From an uncultured Victivallales bacterium (GTDB lineage: Bacteria; Verrucomicrobiota; Kiritimatiellia; UBA8416), in contig CAYLXP010000005.1 of the NCBI GenBank assembly GCA_964387425.1, positions 3,209 through 67,208 on the forward strand: a stretch of 64,000 nt of DNA. Direction: 5' to 3'. Made by a program: the position numbers and the translations under genes. Under the pieces are notes generated by a model. The model saw only the letters and a list, made by a program, of their open reading frames with translations, did not search any database and was not told the origin of the DNA. Positions 52,101 through 62,438 of this stretch are shown piece after piece; position 1 is the stretch's first letter, and each line of letters opens with the position of its first letter.

Positions 52101-52368
52101 CACGGGCAAAGCCATCGGCCTGGCCGGCGATGTTCTTTTCGTGGCCGGCGAACCGATGACATTCAAGGGTGATGTGTCGCACAAGACGTACGCCGACGCC
52201 TACGCCGGGAAGCTTGGTGGGCGACTGCTGGCCGTCTCGGCGACGGATGGAAAGACACTGGCCGAGTACAAGCTCAATGCCGCTCCCGCCTGGGATGGAA
52301 TCGCCATCGCCGGCGGGCAGCTCTTCATCAGCCTCGCCGACGGTTCCGTGCAGTGTTTTGGGGAGTAG
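49192..52368 (+). CDS. Exported PQQ-like beta-propeller protein with an N-terminal methyltransferase-like domain
   Basis: Signal peptide; GGIAVQLGCGDG...LPY.DNVVN; repeated A.D..TG..LW motifs; HDRCY and RGGCG motifs. Confidence 0.85.
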   Translation: MRTMMRTVLWVATMAWLVGSANAGVTELGGGIAVQLGCGDGKALVKLASDGNCLVHGLDKDAGTVAKAREYLRSKKLYGDVSVAVYDGKTLPYGDNVVNLITGDSLGGISKQEALRVLVPGGAMVIDGKKTVKPWPKNIDDWPQYLNKADNNAVAMDSVVGPPRRLQWMDKPIWARSHMAISTTIALVSGNGRLFSIEDTAPTANPYLPTAFKIVARDAFNGRTLWTREITNWDSITMYIKCLPVQQQRRMAVAGDTLYCTFELEGAVSAIDAATGKVLKVYKGTDPTQELAYDDGILFLNVGERFPSAAYNIVKTKGKPFVEGVDPSQPFHGSGFREGYDPEIQDKENPVSVIMAVDPKSGKTLWKTEPLNKYTAATLSIKNGRAVYQTADGVFCVNARTGESLWANKKPIMNALGHDSGTPGTLPNTMVITDDKVFSVEQKTDKPQKASVPKYTLRTYSVEDGKLLWEAPVAGNYEASADIFVVHGSLWVGGGAAPAQYNIETGEVIKTVKQKMNGPMGHDRCYRNMITERYYINSKTGGADFINLKTGEELPHHWTRGGCGMGVLPANGLLYSTPYSCVCSVGSMFQGMNAFAPVSGLTKSNDPVPVSRSVRLEKGPAYGKVRDGAPAGVDDWPVYRCDGARSGIATSKASSGLKPKWTAKLATRGSALTSAAGKVFVADIDTHTLYALDGGDGETVWQFTADGRIDSPPSYYKGMVFFGSRDGWLYCLRATDGELVYRFKDLPDRLICAFGQFESAWPVSGSVLVLDGKIYFAAGHSSFLDGGMFLYCLDPATGKVLNSRGVYGPFDETTGFPVAAKGAEAQAGFKNGILVSRGDGIHLRQKSFGEDLSDASTGQPHILPITGFLDAQPQHRTGWMLASSVRWWQSGVKDILVSDGTDAYEVEGFPVYHNHSYFDPRRSGYKLIASTAGAPPPAEPEKPKRGGKSKKKTKSRGSQRSEKWRTNIPITGKAIGLAGDVLFVAGEPMTFKGDVSHKTYADAYAGKLGGRLLAVSATDGKTLAEYKLNAAPAWDGIAIAGGQLFISLADGSVQCFGE

Positions 52369-52526
52369 CTCAATGAGCGTTGATTCGTAGGGTGTCGCCC
52401 TGTGCTCAATGCCGGTCGGGCCAGAGGCCCAACCCTACCATTCGGCTGCTGAAAGGTGATTCCATAGTATGGTAGGGCTGGGCCTCCGGCCCGGCCGGGA
52501 TCAACGAGCAATCGTCCGCCTGTAGA
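52368..52526 (+). repeat. Left direct repeat flanking RAYT, containing two inverted REPs
   Basis: 52400-52526 is nearly identical to 53090-53215; weaker similarity extends to 52368/53058. Confidence 0.9.
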
Positions 52527-52585
52527 ATTCGGGTCCCCGAACGAATTGCTTGTCCATGCGCACCCGTGATGACATGGTCGGCAAC

Positions 52586-53050
52586 ATGAAAGAGAATCAA
52601 CAGCGTTCGGTTCGCAAGGTTCTTCCGCATGGCGTACCTAATGGCGTGGACACTGACCGCGCCATCTTCTCTATCACCATCAACTGCAATGAGCGTGGGC
52701 CCAATCAACTTTGTCGCGATGAAGTCGCGTCCGTCATCTTCGAGTCAGCCAAGCATTATGTGGACATGGGGAAGTGGCACCCTCGGCTGCTTCTCCTTAT
52801 GCCGGATCACATGCATATGATAACGACATTCGCTCTGCGCGAGTCCACGATGCGTAGCATCATTGAGCCATGGAAGGGGTGGTTAAAGAAGAATGCAGGG
52901 ATCACGTGGCAACGCGGGTTCTTCGATCATCGATTGCGAGATGAGCGGGAGGTGCAGGAGAAGGCTGACTACGTGCTGTTGAATCCCGTTCGTGCGGGGC
53001 TGGTTGAGACGCCGGAAGCGTGGCGATGGAAGCGAATGTCGCCGTGGTAG
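52586..53050 (+). mobile_element. REP-associated tyrosine transposase (RAYT, Y1 HUH)
   Basis: MPDHMH (HUH), [23 protein letters not shown]; flanked by GTAG REPs; exact start codon uncertain. Confidence 0.92.
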
Positions 53051-53057
53051 TTTGTGT

Positions 53058-53215
53058 GCTCAGCGAGCGCTGATTATTGGGTCGTGGTTCTGTGCTCAAT
53101 GCCGGTCGGGCCAGAGGCCCAACCCTACCATTCGACTGATGAAAGGGGGGCTCGGGTATGGTAGGGCTGGGCCTCCGGCCCGGCCGGGATCAACGAGCAA
53201 TCGTCCGCATGTAGA
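53058..53215 (+). repeat. Right direct repeat flanking RAYT, containing two inverted REPs
   Basis: CCGGTCGGGCCAGAGGCCCAACCCTAC ... GTAGGGCTGGGCCTCCGGCCCGGCCGGGATCAACG. Confidence 0.9.
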
Positions 53216-53309
53216 GCTTCGCCTCGCCGAATCCTGCCTTGTCGCCTCAACGCTCATCACGCTACTCTCACCCGGATTGATTTCAATGTGCCCAAAGAAA
53301 GGACTACCC

Positions 53310-54884
53310 ATGACCAAGCAGATCTTCGCCTTCGTCGCCGCCTCCCTGGTTGCCGCGCTCTCCTCTTCCGTTCATGCTGAAACACGTCTGCCGGCGCTCT
53401 TTGGCAGCCACATGGTGTTGCAGCGCGACATGCCTGTGAAAGTCTGGGGTTGGGATGAAGCGGGGCAGACTGTGACGGTTGAATTCGCTGGTCAGACCAA
53501 CTCGACCACTGCAAACAGTGACGGGGATTGGGTCGCCGTGCTCGATGCACTGGAGACGTCCGCCGAAGGACGAGACCTCGTCATTACCGGGTCCTCCACT
53601 CAGCGTTTCAACGATGTCCTCGTCGGCGAAGTATGGCTTTGCTCGGGGCAGTCGAACATGCAGTGGCCCGTGCAGGCATCGAATGACCCCGACCTGGAGA
53701 GCCTGACGGCCAAGTATCCCAAGATCCGCTTCATCTCCGTCCCGCAGGTCGGGACGCAGGAGTTGCAGGATGATTTCAAGGGGCAGTGGGATCTCTGTAC
53801 GCCGGAGACGGTGAAGCAGTTTTCGGCCGTGGGCTACTACTTCGGGCGTCAGCTCCACCAGACGCTCGATATTCCGATTGGTCTGATTGATAACGCCTGG
53901 GGCGGCTCTGCTGCCGAAGCGTGGGTCAGTCGTGGTGTGTTGGAAGCGGACCCGGACTACGAACGCTATATGAACGAATGGCGGGAGAAAGAGCACGGGT
54001 ACGATTTCGACAAGCAGATGGCGAACTACAAAGTGAAGCTGGAAGAGTGGAAGGCGAAAGCGGCGGCTGCGAAAACCGAAGGCAAGCGCGAGCCGAACCG
54101 GCCGCGTCCGCCGCGGGACATCATGCGTGGCCAGCACCGTCCCGGCAACCTGTATGCCGGCGTACTGCATCCCATCATCGGCTACGGCATTCGCGGCGCT
54201 ATCTGGTACCAGGGCGAAAGCAACGCTGGGCGCGCCTGGAACTACCGTAAGCTCTTCCCGCTCATGATTTCGCACTGGCGCAAGCAGTGGGGGCAGGGTG
54301 AATTCCCGTTCTACTGGGTGCAGCTTGCCGATTTCAGAGCGGAGGTGGATGCGCCGGTCGAGAGCAACTGGGCCGAGCTGCGTGAGTCGCAGACGATGAC
54401 CCAGAAACTCCCGAATACGGGCCAGGCCGTGATCACGGACCTCGGTGAAGGCTGTGACATCCACCCGAAGAACAAGCAGGACGTGGCCAAGCGCCTGGCG
54501 CGATTGGCATTGGCGAAGGACTACGGAATCAACATCGTTCACCGCAGCCCGGAGTACCGCTCCATGAAGGTGGAGGGCAATGCCATCGTCGTGACGTTTG
54601 ACCACGTTGGCGGCGGCATGGACACATTTGACGTGAACGAGCCGATTGGCTTTGCGATCTGCGGGGAAGACAAGGTGTGGCATTGGGCCAAGGCCAAGAT
54701 TCAGGGCAAGGATCGTGTGCGCGTCTGGTGTGACGATGTCGCGGCGCCGGTAGCCGTGCGCTATGCCTGGGCCGATAATCCCGTCTGCAACTTGCAGAAT
54801 AGGGAAGGGCTCCCCGCCACGTCGTTCCGTACCGACGACTTTCCGCTGACCACGAAGCCCGCCGAGTCTCCGGCTGACAAGTAG
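53310..54884 (+). CDS. Sialate O-acetylesterase-family (SASA/SGNH) carbohydrate esterase, secreted
   Basis: [41 protein letters not shown]; RBS AAAGGA before ATG 53310. Confidence 0.92.
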   Translation: MTKQIFAFVAASLVAALSSSVHAETRLPALFGSHMVLQRDMPVKVWGWDEAGQTVTVEFAGQTNSTTANSDGDWVAVLDALETSAEGRDLVITGSSTQRFNDVLVGEVWLCSGQSNMQWPVQASNDPDLESLTAKYPKIRFISVPQVGTQELQDDFKGQWDLCTPETVKQFSAVGYYFGRQLHQTLDIPIGLIDNAWGGSAAEAWVSRGVLEADPDYERYMNEWREKEHGYDFDKQMANYKVKLEEWKAKAAAAKTEGKREPNRPRPPRDIMRGQHRPGNLYAGVLHPIIGYGIRGAIWYQGESNAGRAWNYRKLFPLMISHWRKQWGQGEFPFYWVQLADFRAEVDAPVESNWAELRESQTMTQKLPNTGQAVITDLGEGCDIHPKNKQDVAKRLARLALAKDYGINIVHRSPEYRSMKVEGNAIVVTFDHVGGGMDTFDVNEPIGFAICGEDKVWHWAKAKIQGKDRVRVWCDDVAAPVAVRYAWADNPVCNLQNREGLPATSFRTDDFPLTTKPAESPADK

Positions 54885-54886
54885 CG

Positions 54887-56725
54887 ATGAAGCACGGCTC
54901 CGGACAGTCTCAGCGGCCGAACATCGTTTTCGTCCTGACCGATGATCAGGGCTATCCGCCGATGGCGTGTCACGGGCATCCGTTCATTCAGACCCCGAAC
55001 CTGGACGCCTTCCATGGCGAGTCGGTACGCTTCGAGCAGTTTCACACTGGGACGACCTGCGCCCCCACGCGGGCGGGGCTGCTGACCGGACACTACTGCA
55101 ACTCGACCGGCGTGTGGCACACGATCGGGGGGCGATCGCTGCTTCGGCGTGATGAGTGGTCGCTAGCGTCCGCTCTCGGTGATGCGGGCTACCGAACCGG
55201 TCTTTTCGGCAAGTGGCACCTTGGGGATGAGTATCCCTACCGGCCGCAGGACCGTGGGTTCCAGGATGTGATCTGTCATGGAGGCGGTGGCATCAGTCAG
55301 CAACCCGACTACTGGGGGAATGACTACTTCGATGACACCTACAGGACTAACGGTGAGCCCAAGCCCCATGAGGGCTATTGCACGGACGTCTTCTTTCGGG
55401 AAGCCCTGGACTTCATCGAAGCCAATCGGGAGCGGCCGTTTTTCTGCTTCATCTCCACCAACGCCCCGCATAGCCCCTTTAATGTGGAGCCGCACTATCG
55501 CGACCTCTACACGGAGCACACGGAGAGCGAGAACTACGCCCGTTTCCTCGGCATGGTTACGAACATCGACGAGAACTTCGGGGCGCTGCGCGACAGACTG
55601 CGTGACCTCGACCTGGAGGACAATACGATCCTCATCTTCATGAGTGACAACGGCCAGACGCCTGTTGGCGATTCCGCAGCCAGGATGTTCAATTCAGGCA
55701 TGCGGGGCTTCAAGAGCAGTCCCTATGATGGGGGACACCGCGTGCCGTTTCTCGTGCGCTGGCCGGACGGTGGCATCTCTACCGGACGCAGCATTGAACA
55801 GCTTGCCTGTTACGTTGACTTCATGCCGACTCTGCTTGACCTCTGCGGCGTTGATGTGCCTGCCGAGCGCTCCTTCCATGGCGAGAGTCTGAGGCCACTG
55901 TTGGAAGGTCATTTTGATGAGCATTGGTCGGAGCGCGTCATCACGACCGACACGCAGCGCGTGGCCCATCCCCTGAAGTGGCGTCATAGCTGTGTGATGA
56001 AAGACGCCTGGCGCCTTGTGAACAGGAGCGAGCTTTACAACGTCCGGGAGGATCCCGGGCAGGAGACGAATGTCGCCGAGCAACATCCTGAGCTCGTCAG
56101 CGAATTGCAGCAGGCCTACGAGGAGTGGTGGACGTTATGCTCCGCGCAGGATGAGGATGAGATTCCGCTTTCGATCGGTGCGGACGCCCAGGAGGCTACG
56201 GTGCTGCGGACTCATGATCTACGTAATGAACAGGATAGTCAGGTCGTTTGGGACCAGGTGCAGGTTCGACGGGGTGATGTTGCTCATGGCTGGTGGGAGG
56301 TCATGGTGGAGACGGAAGGGGAGTACGAATTCGATCTGCGGCGCTGGCCCGACGAAGCGGGGCATCGCGTGTGCGGCGGCATCGAGGGAGATGATGTGGT
56401 CTATCGCGCCGACGGAATCGCCGCTGATGAGGTGGCCCGGTATTCCGGCGGCGTGGCCCTGGACATCGACAGCGCGGGACTGCTCGTCTCCGGTTTGCCG
56501 GAGCAGTGGGTCCCTGTAACTCCCGAGGACCGCGGTGCGGTCATCCGCATGAAGCTCCCCGCCGGTCCCTGCCGTGTGCGGGCGCAGTTCTCTTCTGCCG
56601 GTGGGTTCTACTCGTCGGCGTACTACGTCTACGTTCGACGGTTGGGTGGACTAGGCGAGTTCCGGCTCCACAGTAGCGCGGGCTTCTCCGAAGCCCAGCG
56701 CAGATGTACGCAGGACGTTCTTTGA
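54887..56725 (+). CDS. Arylsulfatase-like formylglycine sulfatase with no obvious signal peptide
   Basis: PNIVFVLTDDQG, CAPTR, GKWHLG, NAPHSP, SDNG. Confidence 0.93.
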   Translation: MKHGSGQSQRPNIVFVLTDDQGYPPMACHGHPFIQTPNLDAFHGESVRFEQFHTGTTCAPTRAGLLTGHYCNSTGVWHTIGGRSLLRRDEWSLASALGDAGYRTGLFGKWHLGDEYPYRPQDRGFQDVICHGGGGISQQPDYWGNDYFDDTYRTNGEPKPHEGYCTDVFFREALDFIEANRERPFFCFISTNAPHSPFNVEPHYRDLYTEHTESENYARFLGMVTNIDENFGALRDRLRDLDLEDNTILIFMSDNGQTPVGDSAARMFNSGMRGFKSSPYDGGHRVPFLVRWPDGGISTGRSIEQLACYVDFMPTLLDLCGVDVPAERSFHGESLRPLLEGHFDEHWSERVITTDTQRVAHPLKWRHSCVMKDAWRLVNRSELYNVREDPGQETNVAEQHPELVSELQQAYEEWWTLCSAQDEDEIPLSIGADAQEATVLRTHDLRNEQDSQVVWDQVQVRRGDVAHGWWEVMVETEGEYEFDLRRWPDEAGHRVCGGIEGDDVVYRADGIAADEVARYSGGVALDIDSAGLLVSGLPEQWVPVTPEDRGAVIRMKLPAGPCRVRAQFSSAGGFYSSAYYVYVRRLGGLGEFRLHSSAGFSEAQRRCTQDVL

Positions 56726-56798
56726 TCGGTAAGCGCAGCCGAGAATGGCTCGCCGTATCACGTGATCCGCCCTCGGCTTCGGAGAAGCCGGGGCTACT
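56672..56798. repeat. REPIN-like element, family B copy 2
   Basis: AGTAGCGCGGGCTTCTCCGAAGCCC ... GGCTTCGGAGAAGCCGGGGCTACT. Confidence 0.85.
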
Positions 56799-56816
56799 TC
56801 CCGGGTCAGGGCTCAG

Positions 56817-57848
56817 CTACTGCCTTGGCGGGACAGATGTGCCGCGGACCAGGATATCAGGCGTGATCCGTTCGTAGCGGACGCCGTTCCTCGAATCTTC
56901 GTTGACCCGATCCAGGTACATTTTGGCAGCCGTTTCGCCGATGAGATGCGGGTGCTGGTCGAACGTGGTCAATGCAACAGGGCAACTTCCGGAGGGCTCG
57001 TTTCCGAATCCGACGAGAGAAACGTTCCCGGGGATGTCGAATCCTTCCGACACGAGAAGGGATGCGACGACGCCTGCCGTCACGTCATTGTAGCAGAAGA
57101 TTGCCGTGGGAGCGTTATCCTGCTTCAGAAGCTGAAGAACCGCGCTGTCCAGGTCCGACCGGTCGACGTCGAGGGACTGCCCCCATGCATTGGCCGTCTC
57201 GCTGAGAACGTTGCGGAAGCCGGCCTCACGCAGGCGTGAGGTACTGACCCGTTCGCTGGAGCCGATGAACAGTAGCTTCTGGTGTCCGAGAGAGATCAGG
57301 TACTCTGCCGCCATTCTGCCGCCGGCCTCGTCGTCCGTTCCGACAAAGTCGGTCGCCACGTTGGACATTTCCCGGTCAAACAGGATGAGCGGGATATCCC
57401 GCTCCCAGATCTCTTCGAAATAGGACCGCTCGAAGGCTTCACTGCTTGGGCGCAGGATTACGCCATCCACGCGGCGGTCGATCAGTTGGTGGATGATCTT
57501 GCGTTCCGTGGTTTCCTCTCGCTGGTCGGCTTTGAGCGGGTTCCAGCCCAGCAGCATAATAACATCCGTGCTGAGAAAGGTGTGATGAATGCCCGTGACC
57601 ACCTGGGAGTAGAAGGGGGTGGAGACGGGAATCATGACGCCCGCGGTATGGGTCCGTCCGGTCTGCATACCGTGAACGAGGGCGTTTGGGCGGTACTTGA
57701 GGCGCTCGGCGATCTCGAAGATCTTCTCCTTTGTGCTCTCTGCGTACTTGCCGCCCTTGCGGTTGAGAATGCGCGAGACGGTGGTGAGCGTGACGCCTGC
57801 CTCCTCGGCGATCGTCTTCATAGTCACTTTTTCTCGTTGCGCAGCCAT
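56817..57848 (-). CDS. LacI-family transcriptional regulator
   Basis: TMKTIAEEAGVTLTTVSRILN, YRPN, VDGVIL, PTAIFCYND, SLVGF. Confidence 0.95.
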   Translation of the reverse strand: MAAQREKVTMKTIAEEAGVTLTTVSRILNRKGGKYAESTKEKIFEIAERLKYRPNALVHGMQTGRTHTAGVMIPVSTPFYSQVVTGIHHTFLSTDVIMLLGWNPLKADQREETTERKIIHQLIDRRVDGVILRPSSEAFERSYFEEIWERDIPLILFDREMSNVATDFVGTDDEAGGRMAAEYLISLGHQKLLFIGSSERVSTSRLREAGFRNVLSETANAWGQSLDVDRSDLDSAVLQLLKQDNAPTAIFCYNDVTAGVVASLLVSEGFDIPGNVSLVGFGNEPSGSCPVALTTFDQHPHLIGETAAKMYLDRVNEDSRNGVRYERITPDILVRGTSVPPRQ

Positions 57849-57873
57849 AGAGTCTCCTTGTGTGATGAATGAT

Positions 57874-57945
57874 AGTAGTAACAGAAAATTGCATTGTCAA
57901 CAGGGTGATTTGCCAGGAATCGAGCATTTACGCCATGTTACTACT
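57874..57945. promoter_or_regulatory. Candidate LacI operator sites in the divergent promoter
   Basis: AGTAGTAACA (57874-57883) and its exact reverse complement TGTTACTACT (57936-57945). Confidence 0.5.
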
Positions 57946-57995
57946 TGCATTTTGCGGCATTGTCTGTGATGCTTATCGGGATACGGAGATACTTG

Positions 57996-60413
57996 ATGAA
58001 GAATATGCTGCAGATGAAGACCCCATCATCCTGGTGGGGCGCCAAGTGGCGGGAAGCGCTTCCGTCAGGAAACGGAACGATCGGCGCCGCTGTCTATGGT
58101 GGCGTGCATGACGAGACCGTCTTGCTGACGCACGAGGACCTGTGGCACCGATCCCGTACGCAGGAGCTTCCGGATGTCAGCGAGCACCTCCCGGAAGTCA
58201 GGAGACTCCTGGCGGAGCAACAGGTCTACGAAGCGGATGCCCTGCTCGAGCAGGAGCTAAAAGGCCGCGGTTACCGGCCGAAGATTGGCTCGCCGCTTCC
58301 CCTGGGGGATCTCAAGATCAGAATGCCGGTGCAGGAGGGGTTCCGTCAGTATCGCCGGACGCTCAACATGGAGACCGGCGAGGTCGCCGTGACGTGGAAG
58401 GATGGGGCCTCCTCCTACAGTCGAACCCTGTTTGTCTCGCGCCCGGACAACCTCGTGGTGATGGAGATCAAATGCAGTGAGCCGTCTTTGGTTGTTGATG
58501 CGACTCTGAGGTTGCACGATGAGCGCGATAAGACCTCGGCGGTTGGCAAGGTTGCCATACTGCCCACAAACGTCGACGTGCAGTCCGATGCTTCCGGTTG
58601 GATTCGCTTTGCCGCGTGCAACGACGACGGAACTGATTTTGGTGCGGTTGCACGCGTTCTACCTTTCTCCACTTCCGGTTCGAATGCAGGACCTCCCGTG
58701 CTTGCTGCGCAGGATGGGCATATTCTCGTTAAGGACGCGGATCGCGTGTTGATTGTTATCAAGCTCTTCGTGCAGGGCAAGCGGCAGTCCGCCTGGCCTG
58801 AACTGGTGCGGCAGTTGAACAACATTGATATGGACTACGAGGCGCTGCTTCTTTCGCACGCTGTTGAACACGGTGAGCTCTTCTCACGGGTCAAACTCGA
58901 CCTGGGGGGGAAGGATGACGTTCACGCCCTCTCCAATGAGGAGCTTCTTCTGGATGCCTACCAGGGAGCGGCCTCGACGGCGTTCGTCGAGAAGATGTGG
59001 GCCTATGGGCGCTACCTGCTGATTTCAAGCTCCCGGCCAGGGGGCCAGCCCTGTCCGTTACACGGGAAATGGTGTGGGGCCTATCTCGGATTCTGGACCT
59101 TCCACATGGCAAACGAGAATCTGCAGATGATCTACTGGCAGTCCCTTTCGGGGCAGCTGGCAGAGACGATCCTGCCGGTCTTCGACTACTTCGACCGCTT
59201 GATGAACGACTTTCGGGAGAACGCCCGCAAGCTCTACGGTTGTCGGGGCATCTACGTGCCGGCCGTTTCCACCCCCGAGTCAGGGCTTCTGAAGACCACG
59301 AAGCCGCATATCATCCACTGGACCGGGGCGGCTGCATGGATTGCACAGCACTACTACGACTACTACCTCTACACGGGCGATAAGACGTTTCTGAAAGAGC
59401 GGGCTTTTCCTTTCCTGCGTGAGACCGCCCAGTTCTACGAGGATTTCTTCACGATTGGCGACGACGGATTCTACGAGAGCTCCCCATCCAACTCCCCGGA
59501 AAACACCCCGGGGAACTACTGGGATGGCGAAGACATGGGGGGCTCCATGGAGACCACCATCAACGCGACCATGGATTTTGCCCTCGCGAAGGAAGTCCTG
59601 ACGCACCTGCTCGAAGCGGCAGAAATCCTGGGAGTGAATGGAGAGCAGGCGGCGAAGTGGGAAGAGATGCGTGAGCGGATTCCGCCCTACCAGATCAACG
59701 ACGATGGGGCGATCAAGGAGTGGATGCATCCCTTCTTTGAAGACAATTACCACCATCGACATCAATCGCACATCTATCCCGTGTTCCCGGGAATCGAAGT
59801 GAGGCCCACCTCGAATCCTGTTCTGTTCTATGCCTTCAGGACCGCCATCGAGAAACGCCTCCAGATTGGAATCAGCGAGCAGACCGGATGGTCCCTGGCG
59901 CACATGGCAAACATCTGGGCACGCATGAAAGAGGGTAACCAGGCGCTCAATTGCCTGGACCTGATCTCGCGCTCCTGTATTAAGAACAACTTCTATACGA
60001 CCCACAATGACTGGCGCAACATGGGCATTGGGGTACGTTTGCCGTGGGCGCCGTTTCAGATTGACGCCAACATGGGCTGGTCGGCCGCGATCCAGGAGAT
60101 GCTCCTGTTCTCCCGGCCCGGGAAGCTCGCCGTGCTGCCGGCGCTTCCGGACCGGTGGCCGCGGGGATCCGTTAAAGGCCTTATGGCTCGCGGCGGCGTG
60201 CGGGTATCGATAGAGTGGGATATCAAGGTCGGCGAGCTCTCGGTCGAGTTGTGTTCCATAGGGAGAGCGCAGACGGTTGAGTTGGAGTTACCTTTTGGTG
60301 CGTCGCAGCGCCTCTCCATTGAACTGGAAGCTGACCAGGCAAAGCGCGTTATCATTAGCGAGACAACGACGCGCAGCCCCAAGACAGCGGCGGCACAAAC
60401 TGAGGAGACATGA
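57996..60413 (+). CDS. GH95-family glycosidase (alpha-L-fucosidase/L-galactosidase-like) with no signal peptide
   Basis: [55 protein letters not shown]. Confidence 0.92.
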   Translation: MKNMLQMKTPSSWWGAKWREALPSGNGTIGAAVYGGVHDETVLLTHEDLWHRSRTQELPDVSEHLPEVRRLLAEQQVYEADALLEQELKGRGYRPKIGSPLPLGDLKIRMPVQEGFRQYRRTLNMETGEVAVTWKDGASSYSRTLFVSRPDNLVVMEIKCSEPSLVVDATLRLHDERDKTSAVGKVAILPTNVDVQSDASGWIRFAACNDDGTDFGAVARVLPFSTSGSNAGPPVLAAQDGHILVKDADRVLIVIKLFVQGKRQSAWPELVRQLNNIDMDYEALLLSHAVEHGELFSRVKLDLGGKDDVHALSNEELLLDAYQGAASTAFVEKMWAYGRYLLISSSRPGGQPCPLHGKWCGAYLGFWTFHMANENLQMIYWQSLSGQLAETILPVFDYFDRLMNDFRENARKLYGCRGIYVPAVSTPESGLLKTTKPHIIHWTGAAAWIAQHYYDYYLYTGDKTFLKERAFPFLRETAQFYEDFFTIGDDGFYESSPSNSPENTPGNYWDGEDMGGSMETTINATMDFALAKEVLTHLLEAAEILGVNGEQAAKWEEMRERIPPYQINDDGAIKEWMHPFFEDNYHHRHQSHIYPVFPGIEVRPTSNPVLFYAFRTAIEKRLQIGISEQTGWSLAHMANIWARMKEGNQALNCLDLISRSCIKNNFYTTHNDWRNMGIGVRLPWAPFQIDANMGWSAAIQEMLLFSRPGKLAVLPALPDRWPRGSVKGLMARGGVRVSIEWDIKVGELSVELCSIGRAQTVELELPFGASQRLSIELEADQAKRVIISETTTRSPKTAAAQTEET

Positions 60414-62287
60414 TGCATTGGATTGACTGGTCGGTCGTGGCGGTGTTCCTGGTTTCTATGATCCTGGTGGGCGTCTACTTCAGCCGCCGGGCCGGCAAGA
60501 ACGTGGATTCCTTTTTCGTTTCAGGACGAACACTGAAGTGGTACGTCGCGGGCGCCTCCATGATTGCCACCGGGTTTGCCGCCGACACACCGCTCTGGGT
60601 TGGCGCATTGGTTCGGAAGTACGGCCTTCACGCTTGCTGGCAGTATTGGACCCCCATGCTCGGCGCCGCCTTGGCCGTGGCCCTGTTCAGTCGTATGTGG
60701 CGTCGTACCGAGCTGGTAACCGATGTCGAAATGGTTGAGCTTCGGTATGCCGGAAAGTCGGCCGGGGCGCTGCGTGGCATATCCGCATCTGTCGGGGCCT
60801 TGATCATGTGCCCCTTGATCATCGGTTGGGTGGCCAAAGCCATGGTGACTATTGCCCAGGAAGCCCTGGGTATTGGTGGTCACGAGTTCACCTTTGTGGG
60901 TATCACCGTGTCATCCGAAATGCTGGCGACACTTATCGTGATGCTCTGCGCATTGCTGATGTGTGCCTTTAGTGGTCTCTACGGCGTTGTGTACACGGAC
61001 TTCGTCCAGTTCATTATCGCGACACTCGGAGCTTTTCTCCTGGCATACCTCTCGGTGAAAGAGGTCGGCGGGCTCAAGGCCATGGTTGAGCAGCTTTCCG
61101 CCAACAAGGAGTGGTTGGGACACAGTCTGAACATGGCTCCCGAAATCACCATGAAAGTGCGTGCGGGAGGGGCGACGGGCTCCATGTCGATCTGGAATGC
61201 GATTGGTTTCTTCGGGATTCTCTGGTGGGGCAATGCCCTGTGCGGTGCCTACCAGGCCCAGCGTGTGCTGGCCTGTAAGAACACCCGCCATGCCTCCAAT
61301 GCCGTGCTCATGCACACGGTTGTCTATTTCGGGATCATCTGCTGGCCATGGATTGTCGTCGCGTTGGCTTCGCTGATCGTATTTCCGGACATGGGTGCTG
61401 CCGGCGACGATGCGGCCTATCCGCGGATGCTGCTGCATATTCTTCCCATTGGCCTGCGTGGGATCATGGTGTCCGCCCTGATTGCCGCTTTTATCTCAAC
61501 GATCAGTACACTCTTCAACTGGGGCTCCAGCTACATCGTGAATGACCTGTACCGACGCTTCCTGCATCGCGAAGCAACGGACAAGCATTACGTTCGCGTC
61601 TCACGTATCATCACCCTGATGGTGGCCATCGCCGGCGGGATCATCAGCTTCCACGCCGACAACATTCAGCAGCTGCTCTCGATCTCCTACGTCGTGGGTG
61701 GCGGCGCGATGGTCGTGGGGGCCTGCCGCTGGTTCTGGTGGCGCATCAACGCGACCGGCGAGGTTGTGGCTTTTGTTGTGAACTGGACGGTGGCCACCCT
61801 GATGCTCTTCGGGCACAAGATGTTTGGCCTGTCTGCACCGCTTCTGGACGGGGTCATGAGCGGACTACTGGGTCTCGAGGACGGCGTTAGCTTCACCAAC
61901 GACTATGACCTACTCGGTGCCCGGATGCTCTCTATGATGATTATCGGGCTGACAACCGTCGTCTCGGTGTCGCTGGCCACGCCGGCGGTGAGCAAGGAAC
62001 AGCTGAAGCAGTTTGTACTACGGACGCGCATCTTCGAGCCCGGCTGGAGAGCCATCACCCGCGAGATTCCCGGTTACATCCCCGCACAGACCGTGCGGGC
62101 TGCCTGCCTGGATTGGGGACTCGTGATCCTGACTGTCGGCAGCTTGCTTTTCGCCATGTCCAACGTCGTGCGCTACAAGCCCATCGTTTCGGTTGGGCTG
62201 TTCGCGGCGTTTGGAATCCTGCTCACCGTCGTCATCCGCCGCACCCGCCGCGAATGCCCGGTGGACGATGCGGAGAAGGAGGCGTAG
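60410..62287 (+). CDS. Sodium:solute symporter (SSS) family transporter
   Basis: [42 protein letters not shown]...AAFIST; about 14 TM segments. Confidence 0.93.
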   Translation: MMHWIDWSVVAVFLVSMILVGVYFSRRAGKNVDSFFVSGRTLKWYVAGASMIATGFAADTPLWVGALVRKYGLHACWQYWTPMLGAALAVALFSRMWRRTELVTDVEMVELRYAGKSAGALRGISASVGALIMCPLIIGWVAKAMVTIAQEALGIGGHEFTFVGITVSSEMLATLIVMLCALLMCAFSGLYGVVYTDFVQFIIATLGAFLLAYLSVKEVGGLKAMVEQLSANKEWLGHSLNMAPEITMKVRAGGATGSMSIWNAIGFFGILWWGNALCGAYQAQRVLACKNTRHASNAVLMHTVVYFGIICWPWIVVALASLIVFPDMGAAGDDAAYPRMLLHILPIGLRGIMVSALIAAFISTISTLFNWGSSYIVNDLYRRFLHREATDKHYVRVSRIITLMVAIAGGIISFHADNIQQLLSISYVVGGGAMVVGACRWFWWRINATGEVVAFVVNWTVATLMLFGHKMFGLSAPLLDGVMSGLLGLEDGVSFTNDYDLLGARMLSMMIIGLTTVVSVSLATPAVSKEQLKQFVLRTRIFEPGWRAITREIPGYIPAQTVRAACLDWGLVILTVGSLLFAMSNVVRYKPIVSVGLFAAFGILLTVVIRRTRRECPVDDAEKEA

Positions 62288-62438
62288 CGTGAGGGGCAGG
62301 GGCGAACGTCCGACATCGAAAGAAAATGTTCGTGGGCTGACGATTCGTTTTGGAGTGCGGCGATGGAATCGCCGCTTTCTGCGAGCGCGGAGCGCGTGTC
62401 TTGCTCTCGAAACGTTCAGTTCACACTTCCGTTTTCGC

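Noticed and set aside
52550-53050. IS200/IS605 insertion sequence
   Set aside because: No tnpB; the motifs ([14 protein letters not shown]) and GTAG-REP flanks fit a RAYT better
52992-53309. N-terminal extension of the esterase ORF
   Set aside because: It is translation through REP repeats; the RBS and signal peptide support ATG 53310
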